A stretch of DNA of 64,000 bases from Paraspadella gotoi (lineage: Eukaryota > Animalia > Chaetognatha): contig CM119267.1 in NCBI GenBank assembly GCA_051294375.1, positions 18,617,972 through 18,681,971 of the forward strand, in the 5' to 3' direction. Position numbers and translations under genes: made by a program. Under the pieces are notes generated by a model. The model searched no databases, was not told the origin of the DNA, and saw nothing but the letters and a program-made list of their open reading frames with translations. Positions 1-11,867 of this stretch are shown here, piece after piece (within the stretch, counting starts at the first letter, position 1; every line of letters starts with the position of its first letter).

Positions 1-556
1 AGGTCTTTAAAAGGTGGCAGGAAACGAAGATACTGGGTCGCATGGGCAACGACAACGGCTTGTCGCCTATTTGAAACACTTTCAACAAAAGGCTCCTGTC
101 CCCACAGGAAGAACCACTTTCGCTCATTTCGTCTTCGACTTTTTGAGGGAAATCTTTGAGCCGTTTTGGAGATTGGCTTCCCTTGAAGCCATTCCTTTCT
201 CAAGTGGACCAAGAAAAGCTTGGTAAAGTCTGAAGCCGTAGCGGCGAGAATAGTTGGTCTGCAAGCAAGAGTAGAGCGGACATTGACTGACGTCGGGGAT
301 ATCGAAAAATAAGTAATTTCTCGGGCGCCAATGTAGGGGATTAAATAGCTGAGCGGTTTGTATTTCTCCTTTTCTTGTGATACGGTTCATCGCAAGGATT
401 TGTCTGAGTAGATTGTCAATTAAGAGATGAATCCGAGTTTCGCGAAATGACTGACCACTCTTCATGATCGCTCGCCAAACAATCCTTCCGAAAATATCCT
501 TGCCGTCTTCGTGCGACCCGATCGATCGGACTTTCCCAAAAAGAGTAAAGACCAGT

Positions 557-717
557 CAGGTTGAAAAAAATTATTTATTGTTTCGAACAACGAGACAAAG
601 TTTAGCCGTTTGCACGTACAAATATTTACTATAAAGCGCGTGATCTTTTCTCAGAAGGAAAAGCTCACTCACTTTTTCACCAAGAACAAAAAATTATTAC
701 TTCCTAAGCTTGTCTAC
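557..717 (+). repeat. ~160-bp segment duplicated at ~7300-7465, ending at a 25-N gap
   Basis: caggttgaaaaaaattatttattgtttcgaacaacgagac...cctaagcttgtctac occurs at both sites. Confidence 0.85.
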
Positions 718-2299
718 NNNNNNNNNNNNNNNNNNNNNNNNNTTCAACGTCATCGCTTTAATATTTTCTTCTCCGAAAGATTAAGTCCCTCGACTGGCGA
801 AAACAAATAATCCTTCCGTCGACGAAATGCTTCTCACAGCTTGTAATCAGCTGGCATTTTATTTTGATTGGCTTGATATTTTACGTATTTAGTATGTCGC
901 TCAGACCTTAATCACTACCGCTCTATCATATCTACTTCCAACTAAAGACGTCGAAGGATTTCGTTGTTTGAGGCACATTGCCTCCAGGGTTTTCCTTATA
1001 GGTGATTCCGTTACCGAATGCTCATCAACGCGAAGAAAAGCCACATACACAAAGGTAGATTATACATTTATTTTCATACGGGGAGTAGTAAAAAGAAGTC
1101 CAACTGTGTTTAGCGTTCGAGGTAAACTTTTTTTTTCAATAAAATGGCCGGTTATTTGGGTTTTTTCTTTCCGTAACATATTATATACTTCTATATTATA
1201 ATTATTATCATTTCTATTATAACTAAGACTGATTTGTAATAAAGTACGGTATAACTGTACGTAATCCTAGTATTTTTTCTCTTTTGGCTGATAAGGAATT
1301 TTTCAAAAAGTAAACAATTTTTATAGAAAATTATTTGCATTTTAAAAGTAAAAAAATAACTGTAGTTGTTAACTGTAATTATAATTAACTGCAATTTAAA
1401 TTCTTGTTTTGGATGCTTACTTTCTGACTTGGTTTTCTTTTGATTATTATATTTTCAGACATATTTATAAAAAAAATAATTTTTTTAAGTAGTAACCATT
1501 GAACATTTGACATCTAAAAAAACTTTATCATTGCATGAATTAAAGTTGATTTATGTAAGTACAATTATTTTCAAGACTTAGTATTCTAAATCAGTAAAAC
1601 TGCAATTGTTAAAATCCATCAGAAAAATCCTTACAAAAATGATGATATCTTCCAGCACCAACAATATAGTGATTGAATAGTAATAGCATATGATTAATCA
1701 GTGATGTAGTGCATATACCAAAACCAGCCTTTTCTAAAATGGTGGAAATTAATAGACTAACAAAAAAATAGCAACATCATGACAGATGAATGAAAATTGT
1801 TATGTTCGCAGCAAAAAAAATTAAGCTGACCAAATAAAAAGATTTATTAAAAACGAATTTTTAATTTATGTTGTGATTCAGCGGGAACAACAAAAGAACA
1901 TTCAACCCCATACTGCGACGTTTTTAAGTTTTTCGAATTTCCGTTTAAGGCGAACAACTCGTATCATACTCGGTTATTTCTTCCACTAACGATTTTTTTC
2001 CGATTCCAAATCTTTAACCGTCACTGAGTGGTTCATTTATCTTTTTCGATTTGCGCTCTCGACAGATCGTGCAGCGCCTGAATAAAAAAACCACAGCCGA
2101 ATCAAGACAAGCGAATCCATTATCAAAAATCCAACAAGTTCAATCCATAGAGCCAAAATAATCATTTTTTCCCTCTTTTATTTTAGGTTATAGATATGTT
2201 TGCAACTGACAGGCGACACAACACACATTTTTTTCCTACCTTTAAAAGGCTTATTTAATAAAAATCTGACCAAAGTGTAAATGGTGCAAGCTCCTTTGC

Positions 2300-4130
2300 C
2301 TCACGTTTATTCTGTCTTCTACGGCGCGAGTTCCTTCCAAGATACAGCTGATTTTCCCGCGGCCAAACGGACAGAAACGTTAGTTAACTCTTCGATGCCA
2401 TAGCAAGGCGATCTTCTCCGTCGCTAGATTTTTACTCCTGAAGAAAAAAATCCGAAAAAAAAAACACCATCGAGTCTATCCACAGTCAAAGCGAAAAATA
2501 GCTTATTAATAGAGTACTAGTTTTGTACGGATGGCACCAATATCTTAATGAAAGAAAAATCTCTTGGTCCGAAAAAAAATATCAGTTGCCCACTGAGCTC
2601 AACTTAGCCAACCTCACCAATTAACAATGTCAAAACCAAACCTTTGGCTTCTTCTTCCTCTTGGTGTACTCTCTCTTCGCTGCGACCAGCTTCCAACTTT
2701 TTCTCATCTTCCATTTCGTCGAATTCTTCGCAAACTGTCGGGATTGAACTCGTCCTTGATGGCCGGTGCGGCGTTCGGCTGCAAGCTGCTGGCGCAGGAT
2801 CAGCGGCTGGGGCGCGACGGTTTTCGTCACCAACTGGCCATCAACTCCTCGGCTTCGCATTCGATCGGGTCGTCCACGGGTTTTGTCGGCTCAATGGCGG
2901 CGACGGAAAAGATTGTCGGCCCGAGCGGCGCCGACGACTTGACTTCGTTGTGCGTCTCGAAGGCGAAACCGACCTTGGGGGGGGAAGGGGGACAGAGGGG
3001 GGGGGTTGACCGATTCTCCAACCATGAAAGCGTCAGCTATTCGACCAAAACCACTGAGGTCTTTGCATTGTATTAGTATATGTTGCAAGATTGGGTCCGG
3101 GAGAATTTTGCGTCAGTCGACTTGCTTTCAGGAACTTCGGATCGGCAGGCGGTTTGCTACAGGTTTAACAACCCGCGACTCTTTATAAAGACCATTTCAA
3201 TCAGGCTTGGAACTCGTTCGGAGAGAAGCGGCTGATGGAAGGTACAGGCCGTCACTAATTGACATCCTTAATACTTCTAAATCGGCCCGGCCAAACTCGA
3301 AATTCCCCAACGAACAAATAAATTTTCATTTTAACACCTAGCGTTAAAAAAAGAAGAAGAAAAACACAACAACAACAAACCTCCGGGAAGAGCATCTCGG
3401 GGCGACGCTTGATTCCACGACGGATCGCGGAGGAATGATCCTCGAACAACGGGACGCCGGAATTGGTGGTCGTCCCCGTCCACATCACGACGTTTCGGCG
3501 TGACAAGTTCCGCTAGGTTCCGTCCAGGCGTGGTTCCCGAAATGAATCGATCCAGCTTTGGCCTAAGGTATCGAAGTCGCTTTGGTGACGGGACAGCCAG
3601 GGACTAATAACAGCGCCGTCTCCACGACGGTGCTTCTTGAAGACTCCGCTCCATTCGTCGTACTGTTTACTTTGTTCTGCGGGAAATCGAAAAGGAACGA
3701 TTGATAACGACCAATCACAAAAAAAAAACAAATTACAACGCAACGATGATGTTAGATATTTATTGTCTCGAACTGCTAATCTATTTCGATACGATTGACG
3801 TGACGTCGTTACGATCCGTCGACCTTACCCTCAGAACTCTGCTCGTCTCAACTCTTTGGATGATCGACTTTATCTTCTTTCTCTCTCTCTCGTCCCAGCG
3901 ATTCCCTCCAATCGAGAAATCATTCTGTCGAGAAAAAAATTTGAGAGTACCTTTACGTTCGAGCTACCTTTCCGAACGCACCTGCAGGTTCCCCTTGTCC
4001 AGATTATTCGGGGCTCTGCCCTTCCTGGCGGAAACTGTGCAGTCCCTCCGTCGTAGATCTTGGGACGTCGACGGCGTCTTTCCCGCAAGGCATAGGAATA
4101 GCATCTTGGAAATCTTTTGTAAGCGCCCCA
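2300..4130 (-). pseudogene. Possible decayed multi-exon gene or TE remnant, product unknown
   Basis: GC-rich blocks bounded by plausible acceptors and donors (~2642-2973, ~3381-3677, ending ~3982), but with in-frame stops and frameshifts. Confidence 0.25.
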
Positions 4131-6084
4131 AATGGACGGGGGCGGGGGGCGCTAATGGCGCGCGGCATGCGGGCGTCGTTTCAACGGGAAATGAAAGATT
4201 AAAAACGGTGCGGCGCCGGCGGACGTCTATGGAGCCAATGATTAGCCTCCAGGCCCCGAGTTTTTTCGAAACGCGTGAGACGAGAAGGTTGCGCCAATCT
4301 GTTTTTTATACATTTCGTTTTTGATTTTTTTTTTGCTTTTTGAAAAATGAAAAGCTCTTGTCCCCAGGCCTCTGTGTTGAAATGAATAACCTTATTTATA
4401 TTTATTATGAATAGGAACTTGAGTACTTATAACTTTAATCATGAGGAACTTCGTTTGGTGTTGGTTTTGAACTGAGTTTTGGTAGGAATTTAACAGAGAA
4501 CTATTTTTTTTTTTGAAAATGAATTTCTTTTCGTTCCAGATAAAATGACAACAAATTAAATAAATAATATACTTTGTTGTACACATTTCATAACGAAATG
4601 ACAGATGAGTCAAATTGTTTAAGAAAGGCAACCGACACAACTACGCACTTATTGTTTACTCTTACTTGAGTATTATATTCTTTCCGCCGAGGAACAAAAC
4701 CAGGTTTTTTTTTGGTTTTTTTTAAATATGCTGAGTCAGAATAATTCTTTTTAAACGAGGGTAAAAATAATCAAGTTTTATATGAGAAGACACTGAAACG
4801 TTCTCGAATCCCGGATTTCCACGCTTCTCGATCGAACCAACATTAAAAACATGAAGAAAGTTTCTTTGTCATGAATTAAATTATCTAGCATTAACGAGCG
4901 ATTACATTTTTGGCTGCAGATCATATGTTAACTTTGGGGATCTCCAGAAATTTGACCTGCATTTTGTTTAACCGTCTTCGCGAAAGCATGCGCCTCTCTA
5001 GGCAAAGACCCCGAATTCACAAGTAAACATAAGCGTGACTTTTATTGTGCTGCATTTTCTGTTGAGTTTTAACGTTAAAGCGAGCCAGGTGTTTTGAGTT
5101 AGCTTTTAGTCTTTAAAAAACGAAATTATCAAAATAAAATGATAAACTCTTTCAAAAATATCTCTATATAACAAATTACCTATTTTTCCCAATATTGTCG
5201 CTGTATCATTTCTTTTTTTTTCGTAATTTTTACATTTTTTCTCGGGATTTTTATCTGTGCTCTCTATTAACTTATGGCAAGTACATATATATTTGTATAT
5301 AGTTAATATCGGGTTTTTTCTCATCCTCGTTTTCTCTTTCTTCCCGTTTATCGACTTCTTAAATCCGTCTGTTGAACTCCGTCCTTCATGCACGTATAAA
5401 CCTTAGATCGATTTAATTAACAGAAAAAAAACCCTTTCGGGAAACTACTTGAACCATCAGGGAGAGACTTTTTACATGCCTAGAAGTGGTTTAAAGTTTT
5501 TTTCCAAAGCACGTCTTTTGAGAAGATTTAATTTAAAAAAAAAATTGAAAAAAATTCTTTAAAAAAAATCCGTACAACTGTATTTAAAGCAAAAACAAAA
5601 AAAAATTAGGTATTGATCCTGATGCATTTTTCAGATGAACCCATTTTCAATCATTTAGAAGATGATTCATTCACGAGATAATCGACTTACAATTAATATT
5701 TTTATATTTCTTTATTATTTATCTTTTATAATCATTAATCATTTATTCTATTCAGTCGCCGGTAGTACTACCATCATTCTCCTTCCCGATTCAAACCCCA
5801 AGATCGCCTCATCGAATTGTGAATGCCATCGTTGCGCCGTGATAAAATCTTAGATGTCATGATTGTTCGTTAGCGGAATGTTTCGCCGATAGATTTCTCT
5901 GGTCCGTAAAAGCTACTCTAGTTAGCAGTCTGAAAACTAAGGGACAAAAATAAATTGAATGCTACCCCATAATTATTTAAATATACGTATTTATCCTGTT
6001 TTTTATTATTTCTTTCCAGGCCTTCTGTCTGTGTGTCTGTCTGAGTATCTCTCTCTCTCTCTTCTCTTCTCTTCTCTTCTCTTC

Positions 6085-6143
<59 letters not shown>

Positions 6144-6232
6144 CTCTCTTCTCTCTTATTTGATTAATTTATACATCTGTAGTCGGGCATTGCCTAGGTT
6201 CACCCCGCCTAGAATCATACACTTTCAGTTTT

Positions 6233-6477
6233 GGACTCGGTGGCTCATTGAGTAAAGCCATCAGCTCATGACCAATAGGTACCGGGTTCAATCCCAACCG
6301 GTATCTACCCTGCGTGAAGCCTGAGGACGGCCGTAAGCGGCCTGGGGGCATGGGAACCCTCAAGCCTGGTTCCAAGCCCAGGCCCGTTCCATGGCTGCTA
6401 GAGGGGGTTATAGAAGTTACGGACAGTCATCTTCCGCCCACGTAGCGCCTTATCCACACATCTTGCATTTACATTTA
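6233..6477 (+). mobile_element. tRNA-derived SINE, copy 1
   Basis: A-box-like GGTGGCTCATTGAGT, anticodon-loop-like CTCATGA, B box GGTTCAATCCC, a GC-rich body and a CATTTA-CATTTA tail. A related copy lies at ~23250. Confidence 0.7.
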
Positions 6478-6526
6478 ATAAAAAAAGACAAAGAAGCATA
6501 ATTAATTAGTGGAAACAGGTTTTGTT

Positions 6527-6750
6527 TTTTTTATTTAAACTCATTTCCACTCAAACGATTCATCGAAAACTTGATTTCCAGCTTAATCACACACTTTCCT
6601 ACCCACATACAAAATTTCAGGTCAATTGCCCCATCCACTTATGAGTAATTGGTGTTCAAATAATGAAATTTTTTTTCTATTTAAACTCATTTCCACTCGG
6701 ACGATTCCATCGAAACTTCATATCCAGCTCAATCACACACTACCCTATAT
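6527..6750. repeat. Short tandem duplication (~145-bp period), possibly a Helentron/HINE-like fragment
   Basis: tatttaaactcatttccactc..acgattc.atcgaaa.ctt.at.tccagct.aatcacacact occurs twice. The 'aaatttcaggtcaattgccccatcc' segment resembles HINE-type elements by eye. Confidence 0.5.
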
Positions 6751-7753
6751 ACCTTCTTGTCTTATCACGAGAAAAATACCTTCCTCCAAAACTTTGAATG
6801 ATTAAGACCCGACTGGAACTAAATCGAACGACGCGTCTCGTCATCGTTCGCGCGTTCGACGTTCGCGCGTTCTCGACGTTTCGCGCGCGCGGATTTTCGA
6901 ACGCGATCTTCAGCTCTCTCCTTGGTTTCCATTATTTGGTTGAATTTTCATTAGCTCTCTGTCTCTTCTCTTTTTTTTCCTTTTGGTCTCTTCGTTCTTT
7001 TTTTTTTTTTAATCTCTCATTCTATTTTTAGCTCGGTGAAACGGATACGTGACAACGAAACCCAGGGATGAAATGAGACCGGGAGGGGGGAAATATAAAC
7101 AGAAAAAAAAATATGAAAAGTTTTCCGATTTTTTTTTAACTCGCGAAATTAATTTCGTCTCCTTTTGCTTTTTTTTTTTTAATAATCCTATAAATTTTGA
7201 AAGGTTTTCAATTTCATCCGTCGACGTTTGAAAAATTTTCAAAGACAAAAGATTTAAATTGCCTTGTCGGACAATATTTTTTATCGACCAAATATTTTTC
7301 AGGTTGAAAAAAATTATTTATTGTTTCGAACAACGAGACAAAGTTTAGCCGTTTGCACGTACAAATATTTACTATTAACAAGGCGCGCTGATCTTTTTCC
7401 AGAAGGAAAACTCACTACTTTTTTCACCAAGAACAAAAAATTATTACTTCCTAAGCTTGTCTACAATTTTCGATACAAATGAGGGTTTTTCTTTAGTATC
7501 TTTTTTACTTTACTTTTTACTTTACTTTACTTTACATGTTTTCGCGTTAGAACTGGTAAGCGAGAAAAAGAGTCAAACAAAGCGGGAATAAAAGTAAAGA
7601 TAATGAGCGAATTGTTTGAAATTTAATGGAGCCATTCCACTTTTTCTCATCAGTGGAAACGTCTCTCCACGCCCACTCGAGTTTGAACTACGACGCCGCA
7701 TTTTTCGCCAACGAACGATCTATCCCCCGGTAGGGGTGACGCCGCGCCACGAC

Positions 7754-7771
7754 GTCACGTGACCGGAAGTG
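7754..7771. promoter_or_regulatory. Composite E-box/CLEAR-like (GTCACGTGAC) plus ETS (CCGGAAGTG) promoter element in a CpG island
   Basis: GTCACGTGAC at 7754-7763 overlaps CCGGAAGTG at 7763-7771, about 200 nt upstream of a CCGCC-ATG start at 7966. A second GTCACGTGAC lies at 8146-8155. Confidence 0.5.
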
Positions 7772-7965
7772 AAAGACGACGCCGTTTATCGTTGGGACTC
7801 GACGAAAGGGCGTCGCCGGGCGCCATAGTCGACGGCACCGACCGACGGCGCTGACCGGTCGTAATTCAACGCGTAGTTTTCCGTCGTCATTATCGTGCAC
7901 ATTGTCGTCGTCGTCGTCGTCGTCGTCGTCATCGTCGTCAACGTCAACCACCCACACTTCCGCCA

Positions 7966-8197
7966 TGCCATCGACGCCCCACCAGCTCTCCACCCGCGTG
8001 CCTTTCCTCGCGGCGCTGGCGCTGACTCTTTTCCTCGACGGCGCCGCGCCGCAAAACTACATCAGCGCCAAGTGCCGGACGGCCTACGCCGATTGGCACC
8101 GCATCCTCATTCGGCCGGGAAAAATCGGCCCCGGAAGCTCTTTGGGTCACGTGACTCGAACGCGCGCTTTTAATTTTCGCGCCTTAAAGAATCGAAC
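7966..8197 (+). CDS. KCNMB: Probable first coding exon of the KCNMB-like gene (3' end unresolved, runs into an N gap)
   Basis: Kozak-like ccgccATG, then MPSTPHQLSTRVPFLAALALTLFLDGAAPQNYISAKCRTAYADW... It has a hydrophobic segment and a 'YISAKC' Cys that would supply the first of the 8 extracellular Cys typical of KCNMB2-4. No good phase-2 donor is visible before the gap at 8198-8382. Confidence 0.45.
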
Positions 8198-9051
8198 NNN
8201 NNNNNNNNNNNNNNNNNNNNNNNNNNNNNNNNNNNNNNNNNNNNNNNNNNNNNNNNNNNNNNNNNNNNNNNNNNNNNNNNNNNNNNNNNNNNNNNNNNNN
8301 NNNNNNNNNNNNNNNNNNNNNNNNNNNNNNNNNNNNNNNNNNNNNNNNNNNNNNNNNNNNNNNNNNNNNNNNNNNNNNNNNNTCGCGTTTTAAAGTTTAA
8401 ATTGCAGCGCTTTGTCAGGGCGCTAATATCTGCATCCGCTAAAATTTCTCATCCTATGATACTAGGCTTCATCCTGTTAATCTGAACAGCGGTGAAGACA
8501 AATAACAAACGAAATTCATTAATTTGCGTCAGTTCGGAAATTTCATACGACGGCTTCAAAGATTGATCTTTAGGAAGAGAAAAAAATTTAAAAGGAGTTC
8601 TACTATGTTTCAATCATCCAGGAAACTTCCATAGAGCGAAAGAGTTATTGTCTTTGAGGACGAGTCCGACGGGAAAAACTCGTATTTTTAACGCGCGAAA
8701 GTCCATTAGTGGTCGTCATCGTATTTCTTGTGGTCGTTTGTGGTCGTCGTCGTAGTTCTTGTGCGTCGTCGTTGGTCTAGATTGTCCGGGAGTCGAGAAG
8801 AGGCGACCAAGTTACGTGATGGAAGAGACGATGTCGAAACCCTTAACCTTTTCTTGTCAAAGTTAATGGACGCTCGTTTGGGCGACGACGGCAAAGATGA
8901 CGAACGACGATGACGACCATAATAACGCTAATCGTCGAAATGAAGAGAGAATGAATTCTATCGCCTCCTTGAGATGAGAGACATTAAGAGAAGAATCGAC
9001 TCCCCATTTACCATCTTTCTATTTTCTCTCTCTTTAATTTGGGTTTGTCTG

Positions 9052-9130
<79 letters not shown>

Positions 9131-9306
9131 TCCTTTCTTCTTTCTTTCTTTCTTTCTTTCGTTCTTCTTTCTTTCTTCTCACTCTAATGATCCTACTCGT
9201 GAATCTTCATACTTAATTCAAAGTGAGTGGCACCAATCTCTCTTTTAAAATTCCGGCTCGTAAAATGAACCACAGTCGGGAAAAGGCCCACAGCTAGCTC
9301 TCTCTC

Positions 9307-9356
<50 letters not shown>

Positions 9357-9690
9357 TCTCTCTCCTCTTCTCTCTCTCTTCTCAAAAGTTGTCGTCTTTC
9401 GTCGTCGTCATCGTCGTCATCTTCGTCGTCAGTCCCGTAACGAACCATCAACATTCCTCTCGTCCTCCACTTCGACTGTCGAGAATTATTTAAGAGATTT
9501 TTCGGCGCCGACGCCGCATTCTTAGGGCGACGCCGGCACCGCCAACGAAAACGACGCCGTCTCCCTACGACGCCTCCGTAAAAGACGCCGGTTCATTCCA
9601 CGCCCACGGGTTTTCGCGCCGCCCACGGATTCCTCGACGCCAGAATGGAAAAAAAAACCGCGGCGTTTCCTCACGGGAAATTAGTTGGAA

Positions 9691-10002
9691 TCACTGAATG
9701 ATTTGTTGGGGTAATAAATGATTTGAAAAGGAATAACTTGTTGCCTGAGCGTTATTGGCTGTATTGAATATCCAATTATTGACAATATACCGAAACCTTT
9801 CCATATATATTAATTCGTCTGTAAATCTTTTTTCAACTCTACCTTTTGCAGTCATTAATTTTGTAGAATCATATGGATATTTTCCGATTTTTTTCTCCTT
9901 TTTACTTCTCGTTATTTCCTCTTTTAAGTCGCGGCCGAGACTCAATAAGACAATTTTAATCGTATGCTTTCTCAGTGTGTTATTTGTTAAAATATCTCTC
10001 AA
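9691..10002 (-). mobile_element. Degenerate hAT-like transposase fragment
   Basis: Translation ...IKIVLLSLGRDLKEEI...KIGKY.YDSTKL...RVEKRFTDE...ERFRYIV...IFNTANN resembles the C-terminal region of hAT transposases (SKxLQSxxxDL; KRxFDE...ExFRxxxFxxIxDTA). By-eye similarity only. Confidence 0.4.
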
Positions 10003-10221
10003 CCCTAAGAGTTAGTGATTCAGTGGGTTTTTTCATTCATGTATTGTGCGGTGTATGTTTAAATCGGACCAAATAAATATCAAAAACTCTATTTAAAAAT
10101 ATACTATGCAACCTCCACGAACACGAACACGAACACGAAAATGAAACGTAATATATTACCGCCGCGATTCTAAAGAATGTTTTTCCTTATTCATTACCCC
10201 GTTCGCTCATTCGCTTTCCAG

Positions 10222-10414
10222 AAACTACACCGTCGTCTCCGCTGCTCCGGCAGTCGTCCGGCTGCGCCTGCAGCGTTGCTCCTGTGGCGGCGCCTGCACC
10301 AGCGTCTATCCCTGCGCCAACGTGGAGGTGACGATCCACGACGGCGACACCGGCGCTGCGCTGTTTCCGGTTCGCGTGCGCCTCTTCCGTTTCGAGCCGG
10401 AATCACCGACCGAG
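10222..10414 (+). CDS. KCNMB: BK channel beta subunit-like (CaKB family) internal exon
   Basis: Bounded by tttccag| and |gtgagt. Encodes NYTVVSAAPAVVRLRLQRCSCGGACTSVYPCANVEVTIHDGDTGAALFPVRVRLFRFEPESPTE, which matches the KCNMB CSCG..C...YPC..V.V signature. Confidence 0.72.
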
Positions 10415-11283
10415 GTGAGTTAAGGGTCAGCAGAGGGTGAGAGGGCACTTACCTTGAGGGCCAGAAAGAAGTCACGAGTGATGGAAACGAAAAAGAGAGA
10501 TCGAGAGAAATATCGAAACTCGATTTTCTTGGCAGAATTGATGACTGGAAATAAATAATTTTGATTTTGATATTACATATTAGATACAAACAATTTTTTT
10601 GTGGGATTTTGTGCCGTTTTATTTGAGAGCACGCATTTGAATCCTATTATCAGGATAATTCTTTGATATTAGAATTAGTTCCATTAAGAGATTTCTACAT
10701 AATAACAATTTTACATAGTATTAAACAGTATCAAATTTTGAATACAGCTTGAAATATCTCAGACCGTGACAGTCAGGCGATTTATCACGGCTTCGTAGAA
10801 CAATGATGAATCTAAACAAAAACATTTTTATTTTTTATAGAAAAATTTGAACAAGAGACATTAAGTGTAAATCGTAACTGAGACAATATTATTTAAAAAA
10901 ATATATTTAAATAATTAATTTAAAATAAAATAAATCTATAAAACTCCGTGCAACGTATTTTTTTATTCTCGTGAATTAAATAAGTTTCTGTATCGAGCCC
11001 CCCCCCAAAAAAAATATCATTATTTTTCCCGAAAAAAAAAGGATGTAAAATTGTCTCGCTATTTAAATTCCATTCCGAAAAAGGATTAAAAAAATAGAAA
11101 AGTCACAGATGCGCGGAAGCGAAGTGAATTAACGTTTCACACAAAATTCTAGATTCCATCATCCAATTTTTTTGTTTTATTTTGGAAATGTTTTTTTTTT
11201 ATTACTTAAGAAAACATTAAACTTAAATGTTTTGACAAATATTTTGGTTCGTGAAAATGAGACGAAACAAAGATGACGATTGG

Positions 11284-11360
11284 CGAAGAATCATCAGACT
11301 CTTGATCTTCACAAGAGGGCGTGAGCTCGATCAGAGTCGTCATGCACAAACTTTCTTACG
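11284..11360 (-). promoter_or_regulatory. SECIS element (type II-like) in the GPx 3' UTR
   Basis: Minus strand reads CGUAAGAA-AGUUUGUGC-AUGAC-GACUCUGAUC-GAGC-UCAC-GCCCUCUU-GUGA-A-GAUCAAGAGUC-UGAU-GA-UUCUUCG. This gives helix I, the AUGA/UGA core, a 10-bp helix II with one bulge and an apical mini-helix, about 230 nt after the stop codon. Confidence 0.8.
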
Positions 11361-11477
11361 TTTCACCGCCAGCTTCGTTTAACTCATTTAGTTTCTTTTA
11401 GAATCTTTTTGTTTTTTTTTGTTAAAAACAATCTCGTTGTCACCGCTACCGCTTTTTGGTTAGTTTGTTATTTTGTT

Positions 11478-11578
11478 TTCTCTTCTCTTCTCTTCTCTTC
11501 TCTTCTCTTCTCTTCTCTTCTCTTCTCTTCTCTTCTCTTCTCTTCTCTTCTCTTCTCTTCTCTCCTCTCCTCTCCTCT
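11478..11578. repeat. (TCTTC)n microsatellite in the GPx 3' UTR between the stop codon and the SECIS
   Basis: About 18 pentamer units. Confidence 0.95.
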
Positions 11579-11583
11579 TTTAT

Positions 11584-11662
11584 TTATGCCAATCCGCCCA
11601 ATTTGCCAGTTAACCACTCTACGTCACTAGTGATCTTCTCCGGTGGTGTTCCAGGTTGATAT
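11584..11662 (-). CDS. GPx: GPx exon 6 with TAA stop
   Basis: ttcgttccag|A TAT CAA... encodes YQPGTPPEKITSDVEWLTGKLGGLA*. Confidence 0.88.
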
Positions 11663-11793
11663 CTGGAACGAAAAAAGAGCGATAACTTTTAACTTTTAGT
11701 ACTAAGTTAAAAAAATATATAAGTAGTACGAACAGCTTATACATAGCGCTTTCGCAATTATTATGTCAAATCATATCTAATCATGTCATCTAC

Positions 11794-11867
11794 CTATACA
11801 CTGGCCGTCCATCGCCGCCGATGAGAAACTTCTCGAAGTTCCATCTCACGTCGTCAACTTCGATCGG
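11794..11867 (-). CDS. GPx: GPx exon 5 (WNFEKFL motif)
   Basis: ccacag|[24 protein letters not shown](R)|gtagat. Contains the catalytic Trp-Asn. Confidence 0.93.

Noticed and set aside
743-1054. Coding-like + strand stretch ending at an AAG|gtagat donor
   Set aside because: It contains in-frame stops, has no recognisable domain and has no partner exons.
6233-6305. Possible tRNA-Met gene
   Set aside because: The acceptor and anticodon stems pair poorly and the sequence continues into a body shared with another copy, so it is treated as a SINE head.
6318-6350. CTGAGGA followed by a GGCCG/CGGCC stem, resembling a hammerhead ribozyme core inside the SINE
   Set aside because: The required GAAA after stem II is absent (TGGG instead) and I could not build stems I and III.
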